Source: Paramecium tetraurelia (lineage: Eukaryota). Taken from it: DNA of 64,000 nucleotides. The notes under the pieces were generated by a model, which was not told where the DNA came from, ran no database searches, and saw nothing but the letters and a program-made list of their open reading frames with translations. The position numbers were made by a program, and so were the translations under genes. Below are positions 13,741 to 27,830 of the stretch, one piece after another. Location: assembly GCA_000165425.1 (NCBI GenBank), contig CT868010.1, forward strand, positions 1 to 64,000. The letters run 5' to 3'. Within the stretch, counting starts at the first letter, position 1; every line of letters begins with the position of its first letter.

Positions 13741-15581
13741 TCAATTTAAATAATCATCTTCCTCCCTAACAAACAATCTGTATAGATACATTATAACATT
13801 CCCAAACATTTATTACCATATACCTACTTTTTTACCATTAATGTATTCACCACAATATATGATCTAACCATACCTATTATATAATTATTAGGAAATACTC
13901 ATAAAATCCATCAATTAGCTCTCTCCACTTTCCAACCTTTATCGAATCACTCACACTTTCTACTTTTTCATATTATCCTCCACCACTATTAAACAAGAAA
14001 CAAGATTTTAAATCGAATATAGAAATCAATTTTACAACTACTCCTTCTTATAAAAAGTATCCCACCTTCCCACCTTTTTGCCATTATCATACTCTCCTAT
14101 AAAAGTAACTTGAATTTCACTGATAAATAATGTTTAATTGTAGATAATACCTCTCAAAATTATCAATCAACTCAATCCATTTACCTATTTTAACGGAACT
14201 CACGATATTTTAATCATTCACTTTTTCAATATAGGAACCACCACCTCTGAATAAAAAAAAATATTGTAGAGAAGTACGTCAATTCAATATCTTCAGTATC
14301 TTCATTATAATAGTAAATATCCCATTAGCCTACTTTTACTCCATTATGGTATTCTCCTTTGTAAGTTATTTAATTATCCCTCATCAGCTAAATAATATGC
14401 AATACCTCCAGAATCCTTCAATCAACTCTATCCATTTTCCATTCTTCAATGAGCTTGAAATAACTTGGCCTTCTAATCTGTCATCATAAGTTCCTCCACC
14501 TCTTAAAAGAGTTAAAACATGGCATCATTACATTATTTCAAAAGGTTTATTATTACTAATTCTGTATAATATATCCCATCTACCAATTTTTTTGCCTTCC
14601 TTATAAGTACCAGTATGTAGGATCTAAGCCAAACTAGAAAATTTATAATCAAATAACATAAAATACTCCCAAAATCCATAATTCAATTCAACCCATTTTC
14701 CAACTTTAACAGAATCTAGAATCAGATCGTCCTCTTATGTGTTCTCATATGATCCAAAGCCACTGAATTTAATGAAATTCTTAATTACATTAATTTTAAT
14801 TGTTTCTAACCATTCCTCTTATGCAAAACATTCCATACACCATATCTTTTACCATTTTTGTATTCCCCATCATAAACGACATAACCTTATCTATTAATGA
14901 ATATTTTAAATAATCTTTACTTCCAAAAGTATTCGCTCAACTCTATCCATTTGCCAATCTTCTCGCCTTACTCATCATAGAATCCGCCACCTCTAAGAGA
15001 CTAATTAATTTATAATACATTTCATTATTATTGTAGATATATTTCCATTTTCCACTTCTTTTATTATCAATATACAATCCTATCTCATATACTTTGGCTT
15101 CACTATACGTGACGATTAATAAATATATCTAACCTCCAATAATTCCTGGTTAAATCTCTCCATAAGCCTTGCTTTTATCCATCTTCAGAGTAATATCCAC
15201 CACTTTCTAAAATGATGTCTTTATTCCAAGTCGCTGACCATCTACCTATTTTCATAGTATTTTGCCCATATTTTCCAGACCACTGAAGGTATTTAATCTA
15301 TTCTAAATTAGTCAAGATGTCAGGTTTTTAGAGGGAATTTATTGCTTATTCACTAAATATGGAGAAAAGATTTACATCCTAAGAACCTAGCCATTTTAAA
15401 TGTATTTGATTTGCTTCTCTTTTGTAAATGAGACTTCATATTTGATCTTTTTAAATCTTCTATTCTCAAAATCCCAATATATATATTAGTATTCTGAAAT
15501 GGAATGTTAACATTAGTAATTTTCGATTTGTAATTCTTTTTACTGAGCTCTATGATATTATAAATCATATGGCTTACACAT
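13741..15581 (-). CDS. Paramecium-type GGG-Y..K-x-G-K-W-x-E repeat (MORN-variant-like) protein, intron-rich
   Basis: MCKPYDLQ...LQWSGKYGQNTMKIGRW; repeated GGGFYDEQGEKIGKWIELSEYFW, GGTYD..KNGKWIELIEGFW, GEYDNGKKVGRWD; more than 10 phase-2 introns; TGA 13741-13743. Confidence 0.8.
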
Positions 15582-15989
15582 TTATTATTTAGTCCTTTGA
15601 CCTAAATATATCATTTAAGGAAATCATATTTCCGATGAATTTAATATTATCATGAATTTAATTAACTTTACAAAACTTTTAAGTGGAATTTCTGAAATTT
15701 TCTTCCTTGATTTTACAATCAAGGAAGATTTTATTTGGAGTAATTAATTTTATATTTTTCTGGAAGAGATTTATTAGACTCATTTCAATATTTTGGTCAG
15801 AATGATTACCCATCATTAAAATTTCTAGTTTTGTTTGAAATAATTATGTACTTAAGAGAAAAAAACCAAAATACTTCTTGAGTAATGTATAGCAAATTGT
15901 TGACAATTAAATGGACCATGATGAAGTTTTGAATGTAAGTTTTATCATAATCTCATATTTGAATTCATCTATTAGTTTTTCGAGTTTTG

Positions 15990-16970
15990 ACTTTTGATTT
16001 AATTTCTAAATTTCGAGGCTTCAAGTTTTCCTAGTTAGAATGAATGGAGTGTCCCTAAGTAAATTCTCATCTCTAAGCTGAACTAAGAGAATAATATAAA
16101 TTTCTTGGGATATTAATATAGTCAAAAATAAAAGTTTAGCATGAATAAAGAGAATATAATAGTAGTAAGATTCATTATAATTACATAGATCTCTATTCTC
16201 TACTATTTGACTTGATATTGTAGACCTATTGTAATTGCTAATTGTATTTCCAAAATGATTAAATTTAAGCAAAGCCTTATTTCTTGCATCTATCGACTAC
16301 TGTTAAAAAATAGTTGTTATGATTTATAATTCTTGCAATTCTTTTTCTAGGTCATATAAAATAGCAAATCTTAAAAGAGAACATTAACTCCTTATTTTTC
16401 TGGTCCTTCAAAAATCAACCTATTATTTGCATTGAGTCTTCTCCAACAACAATTGATGCAAAATTTAGTTGGCATTATTATCAAGTGAGACATTTTGCAG
16501 AGGGCAACTAAGTCTGGGTTAAATTATATTTGACTAAAGTTTGAAGAGCAGCCTGACTTTTAATGATGAGCTATCAATTAATATCCATTAATATAAAATG
16601 ACCTATTAATTCTTAATATGTGGTTAAATTTGATAATTTCTGGTCGTTAATTTAATTTAAAATGATATAATATCCATTTAAAATCATAGATGTGGATGAT
16701 TTAACATTTTCCATCAGATTGATAAAGTAGTCTTTTCTACAATAGTTTCTCTCTTTCTCATCCATCCAACTTTAAACTAATCACTAAAACAGGAGAACAT
16801 CTCATATTAATGATCCTGAATCTTGGAATTCTTTTGATGAATAATATTCTTAAAATAGGGGCAACATATATTTCCCTTCTCCATTAACATTCTAATGAGA
16901 TATTTAGAGGTAGAAAGGATATATATTTATTCCTTGAGGAAGGATTGCTGAGTGTGGAGCCCTTCATAGA
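15990..16970 (-). pseudogene. Possible decayed hypothetical gene
   Basis: Several open stretches in different frames separated by TGA; no recognisable domain. Confidence 0.25.
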
Positions 16971-17848
16971 AGTCTTATCATTTCCTTTTTATTGGTTTTA
17001 TCGAAATATTATAATAAGATATTCTATATAATGTGTTTGATTTATTGATTACTAAATTAATTTAAGAATTATAATTAAATCTCAATTTTAGAAGGATCAA
17101 AATTATTACTTACAAAGTTTTTATCAGCAACTTTGGCTTTAATTGAGAACGATAAAATGTTATATAAATTTTAGTTTAGTTATTTACTAATATTCAAAAT
17201 AAAAAGTATTTTTATTATATGACATGTATTATTACATTAATAATATTGTTAGCCAAAATATAACCATCTCTAATTTTAAGAACGACTTTCAGTAATAAAA
17301 TACCAAATCAATTTAACCTTAAATTATAAATGCATTTCAATAATGTAAATTTTTTTTTGAAATTTTTAATATCCATATAATATGGTGAATTTATAGATAA
17401 AATTTAAGTGATAAAAATTTTAATTTTTTTATTTTATTTTGATCCTTAATCCTTGTAAGAATACTTTGTATAAAAATATGTAATTTAATGGTTTGCATAT
17501 GTAGTGTTTTAGGTTTAATTCCTTGTACTCAATACTATATAAATTCAGTAATAAGATAAATAGGGATAATGAAATAATTAAGCTATTTTATATATCGTGT
17601 GATTTTTACTTTTGAATATATGTAATAAAACTGTGATTGCTTTGGATAATAGAAATTTGGTCATTTAACTGTTGAAAAGCTCTCAAGATTCTAGTAAGGT
17701 CAAAGGTATTCTTGCTTAAGTGAAATCGGTTTTTCTAAGAATTTAATAAAAAAAGCAAATTAATTTAAATATTATAGAATAATATTATCTTTTATAAAAT
17801 AACTATAATTATGCAATCAAATATTATAAGGAGCATTGATAATTGACC

Positions 17849-19195
17849 TCATTCTGCAGCCCCTTCTCTTCCTTCATCAACTATCTAAGAACCAACTTCT
17901 TCATAATCCTTTTCGAGCGCTGCTAATTCTTCCCTGGCTTCAATAAATTAAAATTCCTCCATTCCTTCTTTCAAATACCAATGAACAAAAGCTCTTCTAG
18001 AAAACATTTAATCAAAAGCATGAGTGAATTTTGGAAAAATATCATAAATAGCTGTTGTATTGGAAATCATACAGGCTGATCGAACAACTTTCGCTATTTC
18101 TCCATTTGGGATTATAAAATGATCTTTGTATGTAATACCTACCTTAAACTTTGTCGGACACCAATCAACAAATTAAATTGTTTTCTATACACTCAATTTA
18201 GAAAGTGATAGACGAACATCTCTCGGAATGACATCTCCTCTATATAATATTGAACAGGCCATGAATTTTCCCTTTTAGGGGTTACATTTAACCATCATAT
18301 TTTATGGCTCAAAAGCTTCAATAGAAATATCAGTAGTTATTGGTTATTAAAAACATGTTTTATAATTTGATAAAATAGGAGAGTAAGAACATAACATAAA
18401 ATGAAGACGAGGATGTAGAACAAGATTAGTTTAAAATTCTGAGATATCTGAATACAAAGATCCATTAAATCTTATAGCAGCAGTTAATGATGAGTATACT
18501 TATGCAATAAGTCTATTTAAATTGGTGTAACTAGGATTTTATATATCAAGAGCATTATTACAAATTCCATAAACTGCTTGATTATCAAAAAGAATGCAAA
18601 CGTCAGCAAACTTTTATAAATATTATGTTGCCAAAATTGCATTATAAGATTCAATTATAGCAGTATCATTATTAGGATATGGATAAATATTGATTCCGAT
18701 TCGAATTTATTTCAAATAATCTTCCTACAATCTCTCTAACAACAAGGTCCCTAAACCTGAACCTGTTCCTCCTCCTACTGAATTAAATAAAAGTATTCCT
18801 TACGGACTTTAACAATCTTCAGCTAGCTTTCTTACTCTTTCCAAGCTTACATCAATATATTCTTTGCCAATTTAATAATAACCTCTAGCAAAATTATTTG
18901 AAGCATCTTCCTTTCCATAAATGAATGAATTTTAACTAAATAATTCTCTATATTTCCCATCTTTCACTTTTGATATTGCTTCAGATTCTGAGTCTATAAA
19001 TAAAGATCTTGGAACAAAATTTCCTTTAGAGTTTTCAGAATAGAATTTATAAAATTCACTATCCTCTTAATTAGATATTTCTCTTTACATTAATCCATTA
19101 GGTTAAATTCCATGTTCTAAACAAAGCTATTCCCAACAAGAATCTCCTAATTATATACCGCCTTATCCAACATGTATGGAGATTACTTCTTTCAT
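17849..19195 (-). CDS. Divergent alpha-like tubulin, intronless, 448 aa
   Basis: [90 protein letters not shown]. Confidence 0.95.
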
Positions 19196-20124
19196 GTTAT
19201 AATATCTTTAAATTTCTGATAATTATAATGTATTGGTTTGATAAAATATAATTTGTATTTTTATATTTTTTTTAAATAGTTAGATCGTCTTATTGAAATA
19301 ATAGTTATTACATATTTGATTCTATGTATTAAATAAAAGACTAGGTTAGATTATAACTAAATTGACTTACAAGATTAAAAATGCATTTTTAGTAATTCTA
19401 AGAAAAACTATATATTGAAAAAAGAAATTCAATAATAAATGGCTTATCTATCTTATAATCTCAACTTCGTTTATCAATTTAGACTTTTCCTTACTCAACC
19501 TCAATAAGCATTGATATCATCCATAAAAAAAAATCTTTAAGAAAAGGTTTCAAAGAATTCAAAAATTTTCTTCATCATAAACACGAACTTTTAATAGCCA
19601 TTCAAATTATTTTAGATTGAGAAACGAATTTTCCTTGATAATATTTATTTTTTGGTCTTTAAATGAGAAAGGACTATTTGATGTAAATAAAATAAGATAA
19701 GGGTATTTGCAACTTGCATTAAATTAAAAATTAACTTTATCTCTTTTCTTCACTCTATAAGATGTAGATCAAAATCAAGAGTTTTTAAATATAAATCTAA
19801 TGATATAGAAAAGGATTCAACTCTAATGAAACTTTAAGTATTGAGAAAAACGAAATAAAGCAGAACAAAATATGCATTAATGATTTTCATTATATTTAAA
19901 CATCAGGATTTTTACCTGAAAACAACATCGTTGTAGTCATTAGGTTTAAAATTTTAATATCAAATTATAATCTTTTTCATTTGTTGGACATTTTAAATTT
20001 GAAAAATAATAATAAACATTATTTTTAAATAATCAAATTTAATTAAAACGTGAATTGTTTATCAACAAAAAAATTATAATTCAATTTAGTTTATAAATAT
20101 TCAATATAATCTATAAATTTCATT

Positions 20125-21713
20125 TCATAACTTTCCATACTATTTTTCTATTTCAGTATGACTTAATCCTTTAGTTTCTTTCACATAAACATAAAAGTAT
20201 AGAATTGACAAGAGTGTTAGAATAGCAAATACTATAAAGACTCCGCTTATTTAGAGTGCATCTAACATAAATGGAAATATGTAAAGCATAAATAACTGCC
20301 AAACATATAAAGTAACAAAGCAAAAGTATGTCCCTTCACTAGTGTTAATTTCTGGTATCATAGACTAAGGATATTATTTATTTTACATAAGTAATAGGTC
20401 CTAAAGTAAGTGCAAATGTGAATGAGAAAAAACAAATTATAATAAAACTAGTAATAGATGCTCCTACAGTTTCTGAATAACTTAGACCAATAATAAGTAT
20501 CTAGCATACAATAAGTACAAGAAGCCCACCCAGTAATAAAGTTCTGTTACCGATTTTCCTATAGACAAATTTGGAAATGAATGCAGGAATAAATTAAACT
20601 ATTCCAATAATCAGTATAAAGATTGTGTTCAAAGTAAAATCTCCATCTGTAATCACATCAAAAATTTAAGAACAATAGGAGTATAAAGCAAATAAACCAC
20701 ACCAGGTGGATATAAATGCTAACAAGCAACCAATTATTACTGTTTTTAGATGCTTTTTTGAAAATAAACTTAAAAAGCCCTCTGATTACTCTGAATCATT
20801 TTCAACTCTTTTTAAGCAGGTTAAAAAAATTTGCTCAACAAATTCTGGTTAATATAATTTTATTATGATCCTTTTCGCTTCTGAAGGTTATTTCAATTAA
20901 ATTAAACTGTCAGGACTATCAATCTTATATACAATAGTAATAATAAAAGACCTAAGAAAGTGCACTAAGGAAGGAATTGCAAAAACAATTTACCAATAAT
21001 AAGAATGCTCTCCTCTTAAATCAGGGTTTAAATACCCTAAACCTATGAAATTAATGAAAAATAATCCCCCTGCAATTAAGAAACTAGCCAAAACTGAAAA
21101 TGTTTCATAATATTTATCAGGGCAAAGTTCCTTAACATATATAGCCATAATAACAGATGATATTCCTAAACACATTCCATATGAAAATCTAAATGCAAGT
21201 ATGACTTCTCGGTTGGGTATTACTTGTAAAATGCTTAATACACCAAAAAAATCAGCAATTAATAGAGATTAATTTCGTGTTGTATATTTTAATAATGGTT
21301 TTGTAACAACAGCCCCTACTAACTAGCCTATTGATAAGACAGCACTAAATAAACCTTGCTCCTCAATCTCAGAACCTTTGAGGGTGCTAAAGTTATTATT
21401 TAAAATACATTTATGAAAATAATGTTGTGAAAGACATTGACAAATATGACAATGAATATCCAACTGAGAAGTTCCCACTTTAAATTGCTACTAGGATAAT
21501 TGCTAAATGGACAAATGATTTGAGACCTTCCTCTACTTGAGAATCAGATTAAACAGTGAATTTTTTATTTATTTGGGACGGTAAACTTGTTAGAGGATCA
21601 GAAACAGATGGCAGCTGCGATTAATTTTATACCTTAGAAATTTATAAGTAACCACTATCTGTTTTTGAATTTTCACTCTCTTAATTATATAATGGAATAA
21701 CTTAGTTTGCCAT
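20125..21713 (-). CDS. MFS sugar-porter family transporter
   Basis: Multiple TM helices, YVKELCP, IDSP, C-terminal YVKETKGLSHTEIE (PETKG motif); two tiny introns (~21390 and ~20380). Confidence 0.9.
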
Positions 21714-22827
21714 AAATAGTATATGATTGATTAATTTTTTGAATTTTTATCAAATCAAATTATGTTAATTATTAAAAAAGCAAATTCTCATTTAGAGGCA
21801 ATTGAAATTATTACATTGTTTTATTGAAGGCTTTAGATGATAGGTCTGATTCATTAGAAATTTCTGATCATTAAATAAATTATTTTCTTAGATATCAGCA
21901 CGACACTTAAAATGATTCTGAATCTAATGATTCTTATTAATGAGATACTTGCTAAACTTATGAAATGAAAGAATTTAAATTATCTTAAAACACAGTTGAT
22001 TGAGGTTTTTTCAGAATAAGTAACAGCCAATTTAGTTTAATTTAATCAAAACCCTTCAAAAATAATTCAGAGACAGTCGCTTATATATTAAATATTGAAA
22101 TTATTAATCATAATTAAAAGTAATCCAGGCATTCAGTTTCATTGTGAAAAGAATTCATTAATAATATAATTAATTTTTTTTTTATCATAACATATATTCT
22201 CAGAAAATCCAAGTTTTGAAGAAAAGCATAAATTCTATTTGAAAGCAAAACAACAATTTTTAAAAAAAATACCATAAGATACTATTCTCTAAATCAATTC
22301 AAGAATCTAGATTTATTGCTCATAAAATTTCTATATTTCTAAAATTCTGAATTCTGAATTCTTAATAATCAATATATTTAATTATTAATGTTTGTTTATT
22401 AAATTATATCTATAATCATAACATTGTTAAAATGATTGATGTAAAATAAATATGTTTTTTATAACTATGAAAACACTATGTTAAACAAATTAAATTTTTT
22501 TCAATCTAAATATATATGAATCAAGAATCAACGTTAATTTTAATTGATATATTAATTTAACCATAAATATCTAATTAATGAACTTTTTCTATTTAGTAAA
22601 ATATTTCAATATTTATAACAGAGAAGTTTTGGCTTCAACTCCTCATTTCTAAAATCAACCTAGCCTTAATTATATTCTGATTAGAATTTAAGATATGTAA
22701 GCTATTGTAAGAATAGTTTTCAAAAATTAAATAAGCAGTTGTAAACCCTAAGGGTTTTTAGAGGTAAAATTATTTTATTTTACAAATATAACATACATCT
22801 ATTTTTTATAAATATCAATGATTTTTA

Positions 22828-24792
22828 TCAAGCATTTTATTACTATAATTCGTATATATGATAATGTTGAATTAAATCTACCTTTATCGTTTATTCATTT
22901 TGTTTATCTATCCATGTAACTAAGAATTTTCCATTATTCGAAATTGTTGCATATAAAAAACTAGATTCATATACTAAGGGCATAGTTTATTTTTCAAAAT
23001 ATCCATGAGCTGATCTTCTTAAAAAATACATCGCTTTGTAATGTTTAACAACTAAGAATTATTTATCTGAGTTATAATATATAGGAGTAAAGATGAAATC
23101 ATGATTTTCTGATGATAATGATATTCGTTACATTTCCTTTAGAGTGTTCCATTCTATTTTATAATAAATGAACCAGCCATTTCTTTAAACAAGGACAAAC
23201 GATTAATCGTCAATAAATTTAACTCTTGTCCCTACAGAATCACAATTTGTTACAATATTCCTTTTGAAATTAATATCCATATTGAGCATTCTTAATTATG
23301 AATCTTATCCACATGATACTAAGAATGTTTTAGAAGGGTTAAGACTAAGTCCATAAATTGCTTATGTTGATTCTAATTCTATTTCTTACTTCTCATTGAT
23401 TAGAGGTATTTCTGGTTGGAATTCAAAAGTTTTTATTATGCCTTTTTAACAACCTACGATTAATAGATTTTTATTATAATCAAAATCAATTACTTTAATG
23501 CCTAATGTATTTGAAATTCTTTATTGCTCTATCCATTTATTATTTCCAAGATACTTCCAAAGGATGATAAGACGATCATAATCACCACCACATGAGATTA
23601 ATGTTTCTGAATTCTTATCAAAGAAAAGGCAACTTACTTCTTTCTAATGTCCCTTTAACTCCGCAATCGGGTTCATTAAGCAATTTTAAAAATTCCATAT
23701 AACTATTATATTTGCTTTTGCGGTTGCTATCAACTGATCATTTCTATTAAAGCTTAAGACTTGACATGTTTCTAATTATTTTATACTATTTTTGTAAATG
23801 TATGGGAAATTTTGTATATTTTTTTAAGTGTCCTTCTGTTTTAGTTAATGTGAAGCAAAATCAAATTGGTAAATAATACTTTTTATTTCAGATTATACTT
23901 TCTCAAAGTCCTCTTATCTTTTCTCTTATATTTTCTTAATAAATTATTGATTCCATTTGAGGAAATCATCTTAAGTTTTTACGTAATCATTAGCCATAAT
24001 AGTTAATTTGTCTATATTGTTTATTTAAGATCCAGCAATGTCATCAATAATACTTATTCTTTATTAAAATTAGGCATTTAAATCATTATATAAAATATTA
24101 AGGTTTTTTTAAGACAGAATTAAATTGGAAAGATCTTATATTTATTTATTTATTATAGATCTTGTTGTTTCTGAATTTATTTTAAACTCAAAAAAATCCA
24201 TCAAATATTCTTTCAAAAATACTTGTATATTTAATCCATAACTACCACATTATTTACATAATAATCGATTTGAAAAATTAAGGTCACCTGATATGTTCAC
24301 TTATTCAACTATTTGCTTATGGATAGGGCAAATTTGTTATGGTTAGTATTCTATATAATATTATAATTTTTTTTTAATTTCTTCAACTTTTTGTCTTTCA
24401 ATTTCTGAATTATTGAATAATATTAAACTTCTCACTAAAGAAGGCTATAATTTACTTCGATAAAGTTCTAAATTTTTTGCTAAATATTGCTAGCATTATG
24501 TTTTTTCAAGTGGCACCAAAAGTAGAATCTCTTTAGTTTATTCAAATTGTTCTTTAAATTTGCTTAACTAACTAAGGAAAACACTTGCAACATCAATTGT
24601 AGATGATAAATTACCTTGCTGACCATAGTAATCATCATTTTTAAAAAAATAGCCTTCATCACTACTCTCTAGTTTTTAATTATTTTTCTTTTATTAGGAT
24701 TATTATTATTCATTCTCTAAACTAGTAGTAATCTCTTGGATAAGGTTTTCTAATTTATTAATAAACTCAGATCTCGAATTCAAATCTGACAT
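22828..24792 (-). CDS. WD40-repeat protein with N-terminal coiled coil and CxxH..CxxC motif
   Basis: Continuous 654-aa ORF in code 6; CPIHKQ..LCKQCG; LKGHQKEVSCLFF..LISCGGDYDRLIILW; LVSCGQDSQLR. Confidence 0.85.
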
Positions 24793-25304
24793 TTTATTTT
24801 TAATAATTTATGAAGAAAAGTTTTATATATAAAAGCTTGATAATTCTATAAGAATTTATATTAAACAAAAACAATTGATTTTTTAAATATATGATAGAAA
24901 TGTATATGATTTCGATATTTAAAATAAAATAAGTATCTATTTTTCTAAATTAGGATATCAATTTCAAAATTATTTAGAGTATGCTAATTATCCTAAATAC
25001 TCAAGTTATTATTACTATTTATCTTATCTAATACTTATTAAATTGCAAAAGTCATTCTTAATTATTGATTTTGATTAGAATATTCATTTTATATTATATC
25101 TTGCAAGAATGAATAATTTGATATCTCTTCTATGCATTTGTTTTATCTAAAAAATTTGTGTGAGAAACCAAAAATCCACATAATCTCAATAAGTTCAAGT
25201 GATATAGGAAAAATAAAATAATATATAAATATGAACGAATTTTACATTATTTTTAGTTTATAAGGATAGATTGATTTATATAAATTTATATAATATATAT
25301 TAAT

Positions 25305-26007
25305 ATGTAAGTAAATTACGAAGCAATTATTGATGGTAACTTGTTTAATTAATCGAGTAGAAGCTAAAAACAAAATGATGAAATGGTAAGAAATAAATGA
25401 ACAAAACATGTGGGAATTGTTTTCAAATAAGGAAGGATATGTCGTGTACACTAAGAAGAATCCAGAAAATGGAATCAATATGAATAGATCCCAAACTGAA
25501 ATTGCCAGAACACCTGAGTAGATTTTAGATTTGGTGGCTGATATAAATAAAAGGCCTTTGTACGACGAAAAAGTGGAAACAGTAAATTTTTTATCTTATG
25601 TTATTAGGCTCATGTTATTGAATAAATTGATGCTAATACAAGAATTATTTATGTGAGAATCAAACCTCCCATTCCATTTATGAGCAGCAGAGATTTAGTT
25701 ATGGTTCAAAAGGTTTATAAATAGAATGACGGAGTTTACATTGTTTGCTGTACCTAATATTATAATATCATTAGCTAAATCAATTATTCATTAAAAAACC
25801 CCTCCAATCAATAAAGTTGAAAGGGCAGAAATGCATTTAAGTGGCTGGATTATAATACCATAACCAAATCAAATGACCAAGATTGTGACTATCTAATGTT
25901 TCGATCCACGAGGAGATGTTCCTACATCAGTAACTAATCAATATGCTAAACTTCAAACAGACATGATGAAGGCTGCAATCAAATATATTGCACTTAATTA
26001 CAAATGA
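25305..26007 (+). CDS. START lipid-binding domain protein
   Basis: RPLYDEKVE..IEQIDANTRIIYVRIKPPIPFMSSRDLV..SGWIIIP..DPRGDVP; three 25-26 nt introns. Confidence 0.9.
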
Positions 26008-26924
26008 TCCACATATTAAAACATATTTAAATCAATTGATATTGTTTTTATATAAAACTAGACTAAATTTAGACTAAAAGCCTTACAATTTACTATATAA
26101 AATCAATTCATAACTAATATATCATCTTATTTTTATGATTCAACTCTAGTTCTCAAAAAAACATCCATCTCCTCTCGATTCTGGACTACTTCCTATTGAA
26201 ATCCAATATAAAATATGATGATTGGGAAGCAAGTATATTTATTTTAAAAATGTGTCTTTATGATTAGTCTATTAATTTAATTCATGCTTATACTTTAGCT
26301 GATCCCTCATTCTTTTATTCTTGACATATATTTTTATCTTCAAAGTTTATGAGAATTAAGATCAAAAATATTATATGAGTTGTGATTTATAACCTGAAAT
26401 TATTGAAGATTATAATGATTACTTAAATATCTGAAATAGATTTATTCGAATTAACTAATTTTAAGTTAAATGGATCTAATTAACACTTTTAAGTAAATAT
26501 CCAAATTTGTAGAATTTAAATAAGTTTTCTTGATTTTTTATTTTTTAATAATTCATTCAGAATTTTAACAGCATTAATTAAAGATTTTATTTACAGATTT
26601 ACTCTATTATATGTAATATAATGTAATTTTATTTTATGCATTATTGCACTTTTTAATCCTTAAAATTTATTCAAGAGTTAATAATCTTATTTTGTAAATC
26701 CATAAATTCTCATTCTTCAAAAAGTTATATTAAATTAAGCTCATTCCTTGTAGAATTTTCAATATTAATTAAATTGTTATTCAACAAGATTCTTTAGGCA
26801 TATTTTTTATTATTTTCTTATATCATAAAAGATACTCGAAATCAAAAAGAGACTGTTTAACAAAAAATATATATATTCTAAATGATATAAAAAGTTCTAC
26901 TATAATGATTACTTTAATGAATAA

Positions 26925-27664
26925 TCATTTTTTAGTCGATAAATTTGTATTGATTTTGGGGTTTACTGTTTTAAATTTTTCCATTTTAAAAGGTTCTTTT
27001 TTCTCAACTCCTTAAATGGCTGCTAGTTTTTTATGATTGGTATCATAAAACAATTAGGAGGCTTTATTACCTTTTACTAAAGAGGAAGAAAGCTTAGAAT
27101 CCTTTATATAGGTTTTGAATGATACTTATGAACTTGCTCTGCCTTGATATTTGTCTAAAATTTGGGATTCAGCCTCAATTCCATAGGAATTACCCATGAC
27201 CAATTTCATAGGTGTTGATGGCCTAATATTATTAAATAGAAATGAACCTATTTTTACGTCCATATCTAAATTCTTCTTCTGGTAATTCTATGGCTTGAAT
27301 GTTTGTACCTTTTTTAAGTTTCAATCTTGCATCATGAGTCTATCTAAATTTATACATATCCTGAATAGAATGTACAGTTACATGTGCTTTGACAGATCCA
27401 TTGTGAATGGATTATTTGTTTAATTCAGGAAAATCTCTATTGGGCACTCTGTCTTGAGATTCTTAATGGAATTTCCATGTCATGGTTACTGAGTGAGAAC
27501 ATTTAATTACCTTCTTTTGCTCCTTCCTTATCTCTGGCTAATGGCTGCCCATAAACGAAATCTTGGTTGGGAAGATTGAAAGTTGAAGGTTTTGACTTGC
27601 CAACGTCATCTTTCATTAATAGAGGATTGGTGTGATTATGTGAGAATGGAGGCGCTGTTTGCAT
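26925..27664 (-). CDS. CFAP77: Cilia- and flagella-associated protein 77 homolog
   Basis: NPLLMKDDVGKSKPSTFNLPNQDFVYG..RDFPELNK..FRYGRKNRPSTPM..FKMEKFKTV; tiny introns. Confidence 0.8.
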
Positions 27665-27830
27665 TTTAATATTAAATAATTAATAAATTTTTATTAGATA
27701 ATAATTGATTAAGGAGATTGAAATGAATGTATTTATATTTGAGTGACATTAAATGTGAGCTTAATAGAACAAGAAGAGGAAACCTAGATAAAAAATATTG
27801 TTTATTATATATTTATTATTAAAAATTAAA

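Noticed and set aside
26100..26830. Minus-strand hypothetical gene
   Set aside because: Multiple TGA interruptions with no consistent splice solution or domain.
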